A stretch of 64,000 nt of DNA from an uncultured Hyphomicrobiales bacterium (lineage in GTDB: Bacteria; Pseudomonadota; Alphaproteobacteria; Rhizobiales; Beijerinckiaceae), in the NCBI GenBank assembly GCA_903851305.1, contig CAINNX010000087.1, positions 5,169-69,168 of the forward strand, given 5' to 3'. A program made the position numbers and the translations under genes. Shown here piece by piece: positions 1 through 10,397 of the stretch. The stretch's first letter is position 1; every line of letters starts with the position of its first letter. The notes beneath the pieces are model-generated. The model searched no databases, had not been told where the DNA came from, and worked only from the letters and a program-made list of their open reading frames with translations.

Positions 1-1
1 C

Positions 2-589
2 GGCGCTGATGCGCTTTTTGTCTCAGGCCATAAAATCGGTGGCCCGAAGGGCATTGGCGCGCTGGCATTTGCCAATATAAAACTCCATATGAGCGGTGGC
101 GCACTCGTGAAGGGCGGTGGCCAAGAAAAGGGCTTGCGGGCTGGCACAGAGAATGTTTCCGCTATCGCCGGTTTCGGTGCAGCGGCGCAAGTGGCTGATC
201 TGGCGGCAACCGCTGGGCTTGCCGCTTTGCGCAACGGGCTGGAAGCCAGGGTCGCAAGCCTTTTTCCCGAGGCTGTGTTCTTTGGGGTAGCCGCCCCACG
301 ACTGACGCAGACATCGGCTTTCGCTGTGCCGGGTGTGAGTGCGGAAACGCTGCTGATCGCGCTTGATCTGGCGGGGGTGGCGGTGTCTTCAGGATCGGCC
401 TGTTCGTCAGGCAAAGTGCAGGCCTCGCATGTCTTGCTGGCCATGGGGGTTGACCCGGCACTGGCCAAAGGGGCCTTGCGCATCAGCCTGGGGGCGGGAC
501 ATAGCCCCCGCGACATTGAAGTCTTTTGCGAGGCGCTCGAGAAGGCGGTAAGAAACATCCAGGCGCGCTCGCAGATGAGTGCGGCATAG
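2..589 (+). CDS. Cysteine desulfurase, group I (NifS/IscS-like), 5' end outside the window
   Basis: The frame is open from base 2. It contains the PLP-lysine motif SGHKIGGPKGIGAL, RAGTEN and the group I catalytic loop SSGSACSS. It lies directly upstream of sufB. Confidence 0.92.
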   Translation, partial: GADALFVSGHKIGGPKGIGALAFANIKLHMSGGALVKGGGQEKGLRAGTENVSAIAGFGAAAQVADLAATAGLAALRNGLEARVASLFPEAVFFGVAAPRLTQTSAFAVPGVSAETLLIALDLAGVAVSSGSACSSGKVQASHVLLAMGVDPALAKGALRISLGAGHSPRDIEVFCEALEKAVRNIQARSQMSAA

Positions 590-675
590 ATTGATCGGAC
601 CGGGACGCCGGGCCGTATAGATATTTGTGAAGCCAAACCAGCGGTCCTTGAAGCCGCCAAGGTGAGGAGAAGAGC

Positions 676-2145
676 ATGGCGGCGGTCCAAGAGACAGTCG
701 ATAGGGTGAAGTCTGTCGATGTTGATGCCTATAAGTACGGCTTCGTCTCCGATATTGAATCGGAGAAGGCGCCTAAGGGTCTCAACGAAGACATTGTTCG
801 TTTTATCTCGGCGAAAAAGAACGAGCCCGAATGGTTGACGCAATGGCGCCTCGAAGCCTATCGGCTTTGGCTGACCATGCGCGAGCCCGATTGGGCGCGC
901 GTCGATTATCCCAAAATCGACTTTCAGGATATTTATTATTATTCGGCGCCCAAAAGCACGCCGGGGCCCAAAAACCTCGACGAGGTCGACCCCGAACTGC
1001 TGCGTATCTATGAGAAACTCGGGATCCCTCTGCGTGAGCAGGAAGTTCTGGCGGGCGTGCAAGAGCGCCGCGTCGCGGTGGATGCGGTGTTTGACTCCGT
1101 GTCGGTTGCCACAACTTTCAAAGCGGAGCTCGCCAAGGCTGGCGTGATCTTCTGCCCGATTTCGGAAGCGGTGCATACGCATCCCGAACTTGTCAAAAAG
1201 TATCTGGGCTCTGTTGTGCCTGTGAGTGACAATTATTATGCCGCGCTCAATTCGGCGGTCTTCTCGGATGGGTCGTTTGTCTACATCCCGCCGGGTGTGC
1301 GTTGCCCGATGGAATTGTCGACCTACTTCCGCATCAACGAACAAAACACCGGACAGTTTGAACGCACGCTGATCATTGCCGACAAGGGCTCCTATGTGAG
1401 CTATCTTGAAGGCTGCACAGCGCCCAAGCGCGATGAGAACCAGCTTCATGCGGCTGTCGTCGAATTGGTCACGCATGATGATGCCGAGATCAAATATTCC
1501 ACTGTGCAAAATTGGTATCCGGGTGACGCTGATGGCAAGGGCGGTATTTATAATTTCGTGACAAAACGCGGCGATTGCCGCGGTGACCGCTCAAAAATTT
1601 CCTGGACACAGGTTGAGACCGGTTCAGCGATCACCTGGAAATATCCGTCCTGCATTTTGCGCGGTGATGAATCGCGCGGCGAATTTTATTCGATCGCGAT
1701 TTCGAACGGCCGCCAGCAGGTCGATTCCGGCACCAAGATGATCCATCTGGGTAAAAACACGACGAGCCGTATCATCTCGAAGGGGATCTCGGCGGGTCAT
1801 TCGAACAATACCTATCGCGGTCAGGTGCTGGCCCAGAAACGGGCCACCAATGCGCGCAATTTCACCAATTGCGATTCCCTGCTGATCGGTGAGACCTGTG
1901 GCGCACATACGATCCCCTACATCGAGGCGAAAAACGCCAGTGCTGTGTTTGAGCATGAAGCAACGACTTCGAAAATTTCCGAGGATCAGCTGTTCTATTG
2001 CATGCAGCGCGGGCTGTCGGCGGAAGAAGCAACAGCGCTGATCGTCAATGGTTTCGTGCGCGATGTGCTGCAACAGCTGCCGATGGAATTCGCGGTTGAA
2101 GCACAAAAGCTCATTTCCATCAGCCTTGAAGGCTCGGTTGGCTGA
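676..2145 (+). CDS. sufB: Fe-S cluster assembly protein SufB
   Basis: 489 aa with SufB-typical sequences ([28 protein letters not shown]). RBS GAGGAG upstream. Confidence 0.97.
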   Translation: MAAVQETVDRVKSVDVDAYKYGFVSDIESEKAPKGLNEDIVRFISAKKNEPEWLTQWRLEAYRLWLTMREPDWARVDYPKIDFQDIYYYSAPKSTPGPKNLDEVDPELLRIYEKLGIPLREQEVLAGVQERRVAVDAVFDSVSVATTFKAELAKAGVIFCPISEAVHTHPELVKKYLGSVVPVSDNYYAALNSAVFSDGSFVYIPPGVRCPMELSTYFRINEQNTGQFERTLIIADKGSYVSYLEGCTAPKRDENQLHAAVVELVTHDDAEIKYSTVQNWYPGDADGKGGIYNFVTKRGDCRGDRSKISWTQVETGSAITWKYPSCILRGDESRGEFYSIAISNGRQQVDSGTKMIHLGKNTTSRIISKGISAGHSNNTYRGQVLAQKRATNARNFTNCDSLLIGETCGAHTIPYIEAKNASAVFEHEATTSKISEDQLFYCMQRGLSAEEATALIVNGFVRDVLQQLPMEFAVEAQKLISISLEGSVG

Positions 2146-2188
2146 GGCGCTTTTGCGCCTCGCCCTCTTTTAAACGGACACGAGACAC

Positions 2189-2938
2189 ATGATTGAAATT
2201 CGCAATCTCCACGCTGAAATCGATGGCAAGCAAATCATCAACGGTCTTTCGCTCACTGTGCAGAACGGCGAAGTTGCCGCGATCATGGGCCCCAATGGCT
2301 CGGGCAAGTCGACGCTGTCCTATGTCATCTCCGGACGTGACGGCTATGAGGTGACGGGCGGTGAGATTCTTCTCAATGGCGAGAACATTCTCGAGATGAA
2401 TGCAGCTGAACGCGCGGCTCATGGTGTGTTTCTGGCGTTTCAATATCCGCTCGAAATCCCCGGTGTGACGACCATGACCTTCCTGAAAGCTTGCCTGAAT
2501 GCGCAGCGCAAATCGCGTGGTGAGGCTGAACTTTCGACGCCCGATTTCATGAAGCGCGTGAAAGCGGGGGCTGAAAAGCTTGGCGTGCCGCAGGACATGC
2601 TGCGCCGTGCGCTCAATGTTGGATTTTCGGGTGGCGAGAAGAAGCGCATGGAAGTGCTGCAAATGTCGCTGCTCGAGCCGAGCTTCGCCATTCTGGATGA
2701 GACCGATTCAGGTCTTGATATTGATGCGCTGCGCATTGTCTCCGAAGGCGTCAATGCTTTGCGTGACCCCAAGCGGTCCTTCCTTGTGATCACCCATTAC
2801 CAGCGTCTGCTTGATTACATTGTGCCTGACACGGTGCATGTCATGTCCAAGGGCCAGATCGTGAAGACAGGTCCCAAGGAATTGGCGCTTGAGCTCGAAG
2901 CCAACGGCTATCGTGATTATGTCGGTGAGGCAGCGTGA
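2189..2938 (+). CDS. sufC: Fe-S cluster assembly ATPase SufC
   Basis: Walker A GPNGSGKST, FLAFQYP, signature FSGGEKKR, and LDETDSGLDID. Confidence 0.97.
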   Translation: MIEIRNLHAEIDGKQIINGLSLTVQNGEVAAIMGPNGSGKSTLSYVISGRDGYEVTGGEILLNGENILEMNAAERAAHGVFLAFQYPLEIPGVTTMTFLKACLNAQRKSRGEAELSTPDFMKRVKAGAEKLGVPQDMLRRALNVGFSGGEKKRMEVLQMSLLEPSFAILDETDSGLDIDALRIVSEGVNALRDPKRSFLVITHYQRLLDYIVPDTVHVMSKGQIVKTGPKELALELEANGYRDYVGEAA

Positions 2939-4272
2939 TGGCAGGCGTGATGAAAACGCCATCGGCTGCAGAAGCCAAACTGGCTGCGGATTATTCTGGT
3001 GTGCGCGCGGCGCTGCCGGGCAATAGCGCTGTTGGCCAGTTGCGTGATGCAGCCTTTGATCAATTCAAGCAGGCCGGTCTGCCGACGCGTCGTGTCGAGG
3101 CTTGGCATTATACGGATCTACGCCTTGCCATGCGCGACGTGCTGCCTTTGGCCAAAGCCACGCGCACCGATGTTGCGCTCAACACGCTGGCGCCTGCCAT
3201 TGCTGATGTTGACAGCATCCGCCTTGTTCTGGTCGATGGTTTCTTTGCACCTGAATTGTCTGATGTTGCATGCCTGCCCAAGGGCGTCAGTGTTGCTTCG
3301 CTGGCTGATGTGTTGGCCAAGGGCGATGCGGGCCTGATGGAGGCACTGTCTGCACCCGGCATGGGGCAGAATGATGCAGCACTCGCGCTCAACACAGCTT
3401 TCATGCAGGGCGGCGTGATCATTGATGTTGCGCCAGCCACGCAAGTGGCAACGGCCATCGAGATCGTGGCACTCGCATCGGATGGTGCGGCGCAGGCCGT
3501 TTATTCTCGCTCACTGCTGCGGGTGGGCCACGGCGCGACGATCACATTGATCGAGCGTGAAGCTGGCGGTGCTTCGCATGCCCAGCAGCGCAACCATGCG
3601 TTTGTCGTGTCATTGGCTGATGAAGCTCAGTTCGAACATGTCTTCGTGCCAGCCCCGATGAGTGCAGGCTCGACGCATGTTGCATCTATGCTTGTGACGC
3701 TAGGTGCCAAGGCGCAGTTCAATTCCTTCACGCTGACCTGCGGTGGCGGGCTTTTGCGCCGTCAGGTGTTTATGCGCTTTGATGGCGAACATGCCAAAGG
3801 CCAGCTGGCAGGCGCTACTTTGCTGCAGGGCAAGGATCATGCAGATACGACGCTGATCGTTCAGCATGTCGCGCCCCATTGCATGAGCCGCGAATATTTC
3901 AAGACCGTGCTCGATGGCGATGCCACCGGTGTCTATCAGGGCAAGGTGATTGTCGCGCCGGGCGCGCAGAAGACCGATGGCGCCATGAAGAGCCATGCGA
4001 TCCTGCTGTCAGACGGCGCCACGATGAACAACAAGCCCGAGCTTGAGATTTTTGCCGATGATGTGGTCTGCGGCCATGGCGCGACAGTTGCGCAATTGGA
4101 TGAAGATCAGATTTTCTACGCCATGGCGCGTGGCCTGCCCAAGCCCGTGGCGCAATCTATGCTGCTGGAAGCATTTGTTGATGAAGCCACTGATCGCGTC
4201 GAGAGCGAGCCTGTGCGCGCCTATCTCACCGGTTTGATCGCGCAATGGCTCAAGGCACGGGGACTCGCATGA
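2938..4272 (+). CDS. sufD: Fe-S cluster assembly protein SufD
   Basis: LPTRRVEAWHYTDL and KPELEIFADDVVCGHGAT motifs. Overlaps the sufC stop. Start could be GTG 2935 or ATG 2938. Confidence 0.95.
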   Translation: MAGVMKTPSAAEAKLAADYSGVRAALPGNSAVGQLRDAAFDQFKQAGLPTRRVEAWHYTDLRLAMRDVLPLAKATRTDVALNTLAPAIADVDSIRLVLVDGFFAPELSDVACLPKGVSVASLADVLAKGDAGLMEALSAPGMGQNDAALALNTAFMQGGVIIDVAPATQVATAIEIVALASDGAAQAVYSRSLLRVGHGATITLIEREAGGASHAQQRNHAFVVSLADEAQFEHVFVPAPMSAGSTHVASMLVTLGAKAQFNSFTLTCGGGLLRRQVFMRFDGEHAKGQLAGATLLQGKDHADTTLIVQHVAPHCMSREYFKTVLDGDATGVYQGKVIVAPGAQKTDGAMKSHAILLSDGATMNNKPELEIFADDVVCGHGATVAQLDEDQIFYAMARGLPKPVAQSMLLEAFVDEATDRVESEPVRAYLTGLIAQWLKARGLA

Positions 4273-5501
4273 ATATGAATGTTCCCTACGATGTGGACGC
4301 CATTCGCCGGGATTTTCCGATCCTGAACGAACGCCCTTATGGCAAGCCGCTTGTCTATCTCGATAATGCCGCGTCTGCGCAAAAGCCCCGTCAGGTGATT
4401 GATCGCATGGTGCATGCTTATGAGCATGAATATGCCAATGTGCATCGCGGCCTGCATTATCTCGCCAATGCGGCGACGGAGGCTTTTGAGGGTGCACGCG
4501 AGAAGGTCCGTGATTTTCTCAACGCCGGATCAGTCGAAGAAATCGTCTTCACGCGCTCTGCGACCGAAGCGATCAACATTGTCGCAGCGGCTTTTGGTCA
4601 AGCCCATTTGCAGGCAGGCGATGAGATTGTGCTCTCGATCATGGAGCATCATTCTAACATTGTGCCCTGGCATTTTCATCGTGAACGCAAAGGCGTTGCG
4701 CTGAAATGGGTGGGTGTGGGCGAGGATGGTTCTTTCTCGCTGGATGAGTTTGAAAAGACGCTGTCGCCCAAGACCAAAATTGTCGCCATCACGCATATGT
4801 CGAATGTGCTGGGCACAATCGTCCCGGTGAAGGATGTGATCCGCATTGCGCATGCGCGCGGCATTCCGGTGCTGGTGGATGGCTCGCAGGGTGCGTGCCA
4901 TCTCGACGTCGATGTGCGCGATCTGGATGCGGATTTCTATGTCTTCACCGGTCACAAGACCTATGGGCCGACTGGCATTGGCGTGCTCTATGGCAAGCGC
5001 GAATGGCTCGAGAAACTGCCGCCCTACAATGGTGGTGGCGAGATGATCCAGACCGTGACCATGGACACGGTGACCTACAACACGCCGCCGCATCGTTTTG
5101 AGGCCGGCACGCCGCCCATTGTCCAGGCCATTGGTCTGGGCGCCGCGCTGGATTACATGCAGAGCGTCGGCCGTGGGCGTATCCGGGCGCATGAAAATGC
5201 GCTGGCCGTCTATGCGCAGGAGCGTATGGCCCGCCTCAATTCCATTCGTCTCATCGGCACGGCGCCTGGCAAAGGCGCCATCGTGTCCTTTGAGATGAAA
5301 GGCGCGCATGCGCATGACGTGGCAACTGTGATTGATCGCTCAGGCGTGGCTGTGCGTGCGGGCACTCATTGCGCCATGCCGCTGATGACGCGCTTTGGTG
5401 TGACTTCGACGTGCCGTGCGTCATTTGCCATGTATAATACGCGGGCTGAGGTGGATGCGCTGATAGATGCGCTCGCCAAAGCTGAAACCCTGTTTGCTTG
5501 A
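4269..5501 (+). CDS. sufS: Cysteine desulfurase SufS (group II)
   Basis: YLDNAASAQKP, TGHKTYGPTG and RAGTHCA motifs. ATGA overlap with the sufD stop at 4269-4272. Confidence 0.96.
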   Translation: MNMNVPYDVDAIRRDFPILNERPYGKPLVYLDNAASAQKPRQVIDRMVHAYEHEYANVHRGLHYLANAATEAFEGAREKVRDFLNAGSVEEIVFTRSATEAINIVAAAFGQAHLQAGDEIVLSIMEHHSNIVPWHFHRERKGVALKWVGVGEDGSFSLDEFEKTLSPKTKIVAITHMSNVLGTIVPVKDVIRIAHARGIPVLVDGSQGACHLDVDVRDLDADFYVFTGHKTYGPTGIGVLYGKREWLEKLPPYNGGGEMIQTVTMDTVTYNTPPHRFEAGTPPIVQAIGLGAALDYMQSVGRGRIRAHENALAVYAQERMARLNSIRLIGTAPGKGAIVSFEMKGAHAHDVATVIDRSGVAVRAGTHCAMPLMTRFGVTSTCRASFAMYNTRAEVDALIDALAKAETLFA

Positions 5502-5514
5502 GGTTGCGGGTAAG

Positions 5515-5895
5515 ATGACTGACCTGTCGAACGATACCCAGCCCAACAAGCCAGAACTGGCTTTGCCAGTCGCGCTTCCTCCCGAGGAACTGGAGAAGCT
5601 GGCTGAAGATATTGTGGTCGCGCTCAAGACGGTGTTCGATCCGGAAATCCCGGTCGATATTTACGAGCTCGGGCTGATCTACAAAATCGATGTTGATGAT
5701 TCACGCTTCGTGAATATCAACATGACGCTGACCGCACCCGGTTGTCCGGTGGCTGGCGAAATGCCGCAATGGGTCGAGAATGCCGTGTGCGGCGTTCCCG
5801 GCGTATCGGGTGCCAAAGCGCAATTGGTGTTTGATCCCCCTTGGGATCAAAGCCGGATGTCGGATGAAGCGCGCGTTGCGCTGGATATGTGGTAG
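5515..5895 (+). CDS. sufT: SUF system Fe-S assembly protein SufT (DUF59)
   Basis: DPEIPVDIYELGLIY, TLTAPGCP and FDPPW motifs. Sits in the suf operon. Confidence 0.9.
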   Translation: MTDLSNDTQPNKPELALPVALPPEELEKLAEDIVVALKTVFDPEIPVDIYELGLIYKIDVDDSRFVNINMTLTAPGCPVAGEMPQWVENAVCGVPGVSGAKAQLVFDPPWDQSRMSDEARVALDMW

Positions 5896-5941
5896 TTTGA
5901 ACGTGAACTCATTCGTCGGGCCTTGAACCCGACCGAGGGAG

Positions 5942-6325
5942 ATGGACATGACATTGGCAAATGTGCAGGCAAGGCCGCGACCACAGATCGTGCGTTTGAC
6001 GGATGCCGCTGCGCAGCGTGTGCGCGAAATTATGGATGCTGCTGAAAAGCCGGTTGCGGGCTTGCGTGTGGGCGTGAAAAACGGCGGCTGTGCCGGCATG
6101 TCCTACACGATGGAATGGGCTGAGAATGTTGGCCCCTATGATGAAGTCATCGAAGACAAGGGCGTGAAAGTTCTGATTGATCCCAAGGCCGTGATGTTTC
6201 TGCTCGGCACGGAGATGGATTTCAAGGCTGACAAATTGTCGTCCGGCTTCACCTTCAACAACCCCAACCAGACAGCGGCCTGTGGCTGCGGGGAAAGCGT
6301 GACGATCGAGCCAGCGAAGGCTTGA
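5942..6325 (+). CDS. sufA: A-type Fe-S carrier SufA/IscA
   Basis: GGCAGMSY and C-terminal CGCGES motifs. Confidence 0.93.
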   Translation: MDMTLANVQARPRPQIVRLTDAAAQRVREIMDAAEKPVAGLRVGVKNGGCAGMSYTMEWAENVGPYDEVIEDKGVKVLIDPKAVMFLLGTEMDFKADKLSSGFTFNNPNQTAACGCGESVTIEPAKA

Positions 6326-6417
6326 AGGCTGCTCCGCGGCCTTGCCGAACCCTGCTCATGGGCCTAAAAGCAGGGCACGGGTTTTGAGCCCGACTCACCC
6401 CCTCAAGTTGAGGCCGG

Positions 6418-8127
6418 ATGACCATCGCCCGTATCATCGAACCGCTTGCGCTAGCACTCGACACAAGCCTTGCCTCGCACCGGCGTGCAGCGCTTATGCT
6501 GGCGCTTGCCACGCTCGCCTTGTTGCTGCCGGGCCTGTTCAGCTTGCAGCCGATGGATCGCGACGAGCCGCGCTTTGCGCAGGCCACAAAACAAATGATC
6601 GAGACGGGCGATTATGTCGCCATCCGTTTTCAGGATGAGGCGCGCAACAAAAAACCGGTCGGCATTTACTTGATGCAGGCAGGTGTGGTGCGCACAGCTG
6701 AGGCGCTAGGCCTACCGCAGGCGCGCACCACCATCTGGGTCTATCGGCTAGTGTCGTTATTGGGCGCTGTCAGTGCAGTGCTGCTGACCTATTGGACAGC
6801 CCTTGTGTTTCTTACACGCCGAAACGCGTTTCTGGCAGCCCTTCTGTTTGGCTCGACCATTCTGATTGGTGTGGAAGCGCGCTTGGCCAAAACAGACGCT
6901 GTCGTGCTGGCGACAATCATGGCCGCCATGGGGGCATTGGCGCGGTTCTATCTTGCGCCAGATAAAGAGCGCGGCTGGAAGCTACCTTTTATTTTCTGGA
7001 CCGCGCTCGGCATTGGTCTGTTGGTGAAAGGTCCGATCACACCAATGGTGCCTTTTTTTGCAGGCCTCGTATTGGCGGTGAAGGATCGCGGTGCACAATG
7101 GTTGGGTGCGCTGCGTCTCCTGCCGGGACTTACTTGGGCGTTGTTGATTGTTGTGCCGTGGTTTGTGTTGATCATGATTGCGACGCAAGGCGCGTTTCTG
7201 ACAGAATCGGTTGGCAACGACATGCTGGGCAAAGTAGGGGCTGGCCAAGAAAACCATGGCGCACCGCCCGGCACTTATCTACTCGCCTTCTGGGCAACAG
7301 CTTGGCCTATGGCCCCGTTCGCAGCTTTGGCTGCACCGTTTGCATGGTCTGCGCGGCGCGAAAAGGCAGTCGCCTTTTTCCTCGCCTGGATAGTGCCGTT
7401 CTGGCTTGTGTTTGAAGCAGTGCCGACCAAATTGCCGCATTATGTTTTGCCGGCCTATCCGGCCATTGCCATTTTGATCATGCTCGCCTTCGAGCGTGGG
7501 GCGCTCGTTGCCAATAAGCTATGGGCACGTGTTCTGCTGCGTCTGGTGCCACTGCTTGCGCTAGTTTTGGTCGCGGCTGGATCGGGTCTGTGGGTCTGGA
7601 GTGGCAAATTGCCGGGCACGGCAGCTTTCGCCGTGTTGCCGTTCTTGCTGTGGTTGTCGCTTCATCTGTTGCGGGACATCGGAACAGAAAAAACCGAGAC
7701 ATCTGTGCTGGCGGCCATCGCTCTGGCCTTCTGTGCCTATGTCTTCGTGTTCTCGGGCATTATGACGAGCGGGCCTTTTGAGGCCTGGCGCATGTCGCCG
7801 CGCCTAGCTGATGCTGCGCGTCATGCACTTGCGCCACAGACATCATGCACAAGCTCATCTGCGGCCACGGTTGGCTTTAACGAGCCGAGCCTTGTTTTTC
7901 TGGCTGGTACGGATTTGTTGATGACAAGCGGTGAAGAGGCTGCGCGCTTTGTACAATCTGCCCCTTGCCGTGTGGCGTTTGTTGATGCCCGGGGAGAGGT
8001 GGCTTTTAAATCAGCCCTCAAAGATACCACAGCCATTGCCTTGGCCTCGCGCGTTCAAGGTCTCAATCTGAATGGTGGCCGCAAACTCGACATTGGTGTT
8101 TATGTTCTGAAAGTGCCGCAACCATGA
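6418..8127 (+). CDS. ArnT/PMT-family (GT-C fold) polyprenyl-sugar glycosyltransferase, lipid A modification (RgtF/ArnT-like)
   Basis: Multi-pass membrane protein with DRDEPRF, KPVGIY, KGP and KLPHYVLP motifs. First gene of an overlapping four-gene cluster. Confidence 0.85.
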   Translation: MTIARIIEPLALALDTSLASHRRAALMLALATLALLLPGLFSLQPMDRDEPRFAQATKQMIETGDYVAIRFQDEARNKKPVGIYLMQAGVVRTAEALGLPQARTTIWVYRLVSLLGAVSAVLLTYWTALVFLTRRNAFLAALLFGSTILIGVEARLAKTDAVVLATIMAAMGALARFYLAPDKERGWKLPFIFWTALGIGLLVKGPITPMVPFFAGLVLAVKDRGAQWLGALRLLPGLTWALLIVVPWFVLIMIATQGAFLTESVGNDMLGKVGAGQENHGAPPGTYLLAFWATAWPMAPFAALAAPFAWSARREKAVAFFLAWIVPFWLVFEAVPTKLPHYVLPAYPAIAILIMLAFERGALVANKLWARVLLRLVPLLALVLVAAGSGLWVWSGKLPGTAAFAVLPFLLWLSLHLLRDIGTEKTETSVLAAIALAFCAYVFVFSGIMTSGPFEAWRMSPRLADAARHALAPQTSCTSSSAATVGFNEPSLVFLAGTDLLMTSGEEAARFVQSAPCRVAFVDARGEVAFKSALKDTTAIALASRVQGLNLNGGRKLDIGVYVLKVPQP

Positions 8128-8924
8128 TCGGGGCTTTACAGATCGCCTCACGCGATTTTATTGCGCGCTGGAGACAGGGGCATCGCACAGCCTCTCGCAA
8201 CACACGCCGCATCGAAGCGTGGCTAGCTCTCATGCTGTGTCTGTCGATCCTTATTGTTGCAGTCTATGGCGATGAGTTGATTGCGCGTGCCGTCAAAACT
8301 GTTTCGCCTGTTGTCTACTCACTCTTCTCCGAGATTACACGTCTGGGTGAATCGGGTTGGATATTTGCTAGCTGCGGATTTTCAATCATCGGAGCCTTGG
8401 CATTGCGCCAACGCGGCTTTGGGCAGCGTGTGGATGCTATGCTCGGCCTGTTTGCCGGGCGTGCTTTCTTTCTCTTGGCCACCAATGCTGTGGCTGGGCT
8501 TTTATCGGTCTTCATCAAAATGCTCTTTGGGCGCGCGCGCCCGCGCCTTATTGACATTGTTGGCCCATTTCATTTCGACATGTTGTCGCTCAAGTCTTCT
8601 GTTCTCAGTTTTCCGTCTGGTCATAGTGTCACTGCTTTTGCCAGTGCGATTGCGCTCGCCTTTATGGCACCCCGGTTGGGACGGTGGCTGCTGCTGCTGG
8701 CCGTAATGATTGGTCTATCACGGGTGATCACGGGTGCGCATTATCCATCCGATGTCATCGCAGGCGCTGCTTTGGGCGCTGCGACCAGCATCTTTCTGCG
8801 GCGCACTTTTGCAGCTCGCCATGTTGTTTTTACCCGTCGCCGGGATGGTCATATTGAGCCGCGTGGCATGGGTCTCATCTCGTCGGCTTTTGCTGGCGTG
8901 ATCGGAATGGGAGTGAAGACATGA
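8124..8924 (+). CDS. lpxE: PAP2-family phosphatase, LpxE-like lipid A phosphatase
   Basis: All three PAP2 motifs are present: KMLFGRARP, FPSGH and SRVITGAHYPSD. Context is a lipid A cluster; the gene symbol is inferred from context. Confidence 0.7.
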   Translation: MIGALQIASRDFIARWRQGHRTASRNTRRIEAWLALMLCLSILIVAVYGDELIARAVKTVSPVVYSLFSEITRLGESGWIFASCGFSIIGALALRQRGFGQRVDAMLGLFAGRAFFLLATNAVAGLLSVFIKMLFGRARPRLIDIVGPFHFDMLSLKSSVLSFPSGHSVTAFASAIALAFMAPRLGRWLLLLAVMIGLSRVITGAHYPSDVIAGAALGAATSIFLRRTFAARHVVFTRRRDGHIEPRGMGLISSAFAGVIGMGVKT

Positions 8925-9667
8925 CTGCAGCCACCTCAATGGCTCCACATGTGTCTGTCGTTGTGCCGGTGCGCAATGAGGCAGGCAATATCGAGCCGCT
9001 CATCACTGAAATTGAACGGGCGCTCACACCACAAGGCCCGTTTGAGATCTTATATGTGAATGATGGGTCAACCGATGGAACAGGTGCGGAACTTGCGCGA
9101 TTGACTGCGACGCGACCGCATTTGCGCGAAATCCTCCATGCAGAAAGCTGTGGCCAGTCGGCGGCGGTTCGCTCGGGGGTTCGTGCTGCCAAGGGCGCTG
9201 TCATTATGACCTTGGATGGGGATGGTCAAAACGACCCGTCTTTCATGCCAGCCTTTCTTGCAGCTTTAAAAGCAGCGGGACCGAATTGCGGTCTGGTCCA
9301 AGGCCAGCGTATTGGTCGCAAAGATACGGCGTTCAAACGCTGGCAATCACGCATTGCGAATGGCGTGCGCGCGCGCGTACTTAAAGATGGCACGCGTGAC
9401 ACAGGCTGTGGATTCAAATGTTTTCCACGCGAGGCTTATCTGTCATTGCCCTATTTCGACGCCTTGCATCGTTTCATGCCAGCACTTGTGCGTCGGGAAG
9501 GTCTAGATATTGCTTATGTGGATGTGATTGATCGGCCGCGTTTAACGGGCGTCTCCAACTACGGTTTTTTTGACCGTCTATGGGTTGGTCTTGTTGATTT
9601 GATGGGCGTGCGATGGCTGTTGAATCGCCGCAAGCGCGTGCCAATCGCGACGGAGGTTTCGCGGTGA
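8921..9667 (+). CDS. GT2 polyprenyl-phosphate glycosyltransferase (DPM1/RgtE-like)
   Basis: VVVPVRNE, NDGSTDG, LDGDGQNDP and DTGCGFK motifs. ATGA overlap with the upstream gene. Confidence 0.88.
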   Translation: MTAATSMAPHVSVVVPVRNEAGNIEPLITEIERALTPQGPFEILYVNDGSTDGTGAELARLTATRPHLREILHAESCGQSAAVRSGVRAAKGAVIMTLDGDGQNDPSFMPAFLAALKAAGPNCGLVQGQRIGRKDTAFKRWQSRIANGVRARVLKDGTRDTGCGFKCFPREAYLSLPYFDALHRFMPALVRREGLDIAYVDVIDRPRLTGVSNYGFFDRLWVGLVDLMGVRWLLNRRKRVPIATEVSR

Positions 9668-9996
9668 TCTATTCCCTCTCGCAATCAGTGGGCGACTATC
9701 TCTACGATGTCTTTGTGACGCGTTTCGACTTGTGGCTTGTGTTCGGGCTTCTGGCTCAGCTCGTCTTTACCGCACGATTTTTGGTGCAATGGCTAGCGTC
9801 TGAAAAGGCTGGCCGTTCTGTTGTTCCTATGGCTTTCTGGTTTTTGTCTATTGTTGGCGGCGGAATGACGCTTGTGTATGGCATTCAACGACGCGAACCC
9901 GTGATCATCATGGGCCAGGTGCTCTCGATTGTTATCTATGTCCGCAACGTAATGTTGATCTTCAAAAACAAAGCCAAGCAGAGTGAAAGCACATAA
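9664..9996 (+). CDS. Lipid A biosynthesis N-terminal-domain (LAB_N) small membrane protein
   Basis: FTARFLVQWLASEKAGRSVVPMAFWFLS motif. GTGA overlap with the GT2 stop. Confidence 0.85.
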   Translation: MIYSLSQSVGDYLYDVFVTRFDLWLVFGLLAQLVFTARFLVQWLASEKAGRSVVPMAFWFLSIVGGGMTLVYGIQRREPVIIMGQVLSIVIYVRNVMLIFKNKAKQSEST

Positions 9997-10025
9997 GCGC
10001 TTTCATTTTTGTGTGCAGCTGTCCG

Positions 10026-10337
10026 TCACTTCGCTGCCGTTGCCAAAAAAGTTTTTGACCATTTGTTTTGTGCCAAGAAAAAAGCAAGAATATCACCGTG
10101 CATTTCGCGCGATTGTCCCCAGACCAAAGTATTGCTATTCAATTCAAATTGTGATCGGACAATTTGATAGATCTGGGATCCCTCGGCTGTTGTTTTTTTC
10201 AGCTCTTTGCGCTCGCTGTCATAGCTAATTTGATAGCTCTGGTTACGACTGGATTTGCAATCCATTGTCAGCACATCTGCAAATGCAGGCGCAGTCGCAG
10301 TCACGATCACAACCGAAATCATCGAGGGTAGGCGCAT
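10026..10337 (-). CDS. Small secreted hypothetical protein, possibly frameshifted near its 3' end
   Basis: 103 aa with a signal-peptide-like N-terminus (ATAPAFA-D). AT-richer than its neighbours. A possible alternative-frame end at 10003 is discussed in the findings. Confidence 0.5.
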   Translation of the reverse strand: MRLPSMISVVIVTATAPAFADVLTMDCKSSRNQSYQISYDSERKELKKTTAEGSQIYQIVRSQFELNSNTLVWGQSREMHGDILAFFLAQNKWSKTFLATAAK

Positions 10338-10397
10338 AAGATTTCTCCGCGAGATATAAGCTTGCGAGGTTTTGGAATGCCCCGCAAGTCAAACCCT

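Noticed and set aside
2-5501. Two cysteine desulfurases in one suf operon
   Set aside because: A NifS-like gene before sufB plus sufS is the standard alphaproteobacterial arrangement.
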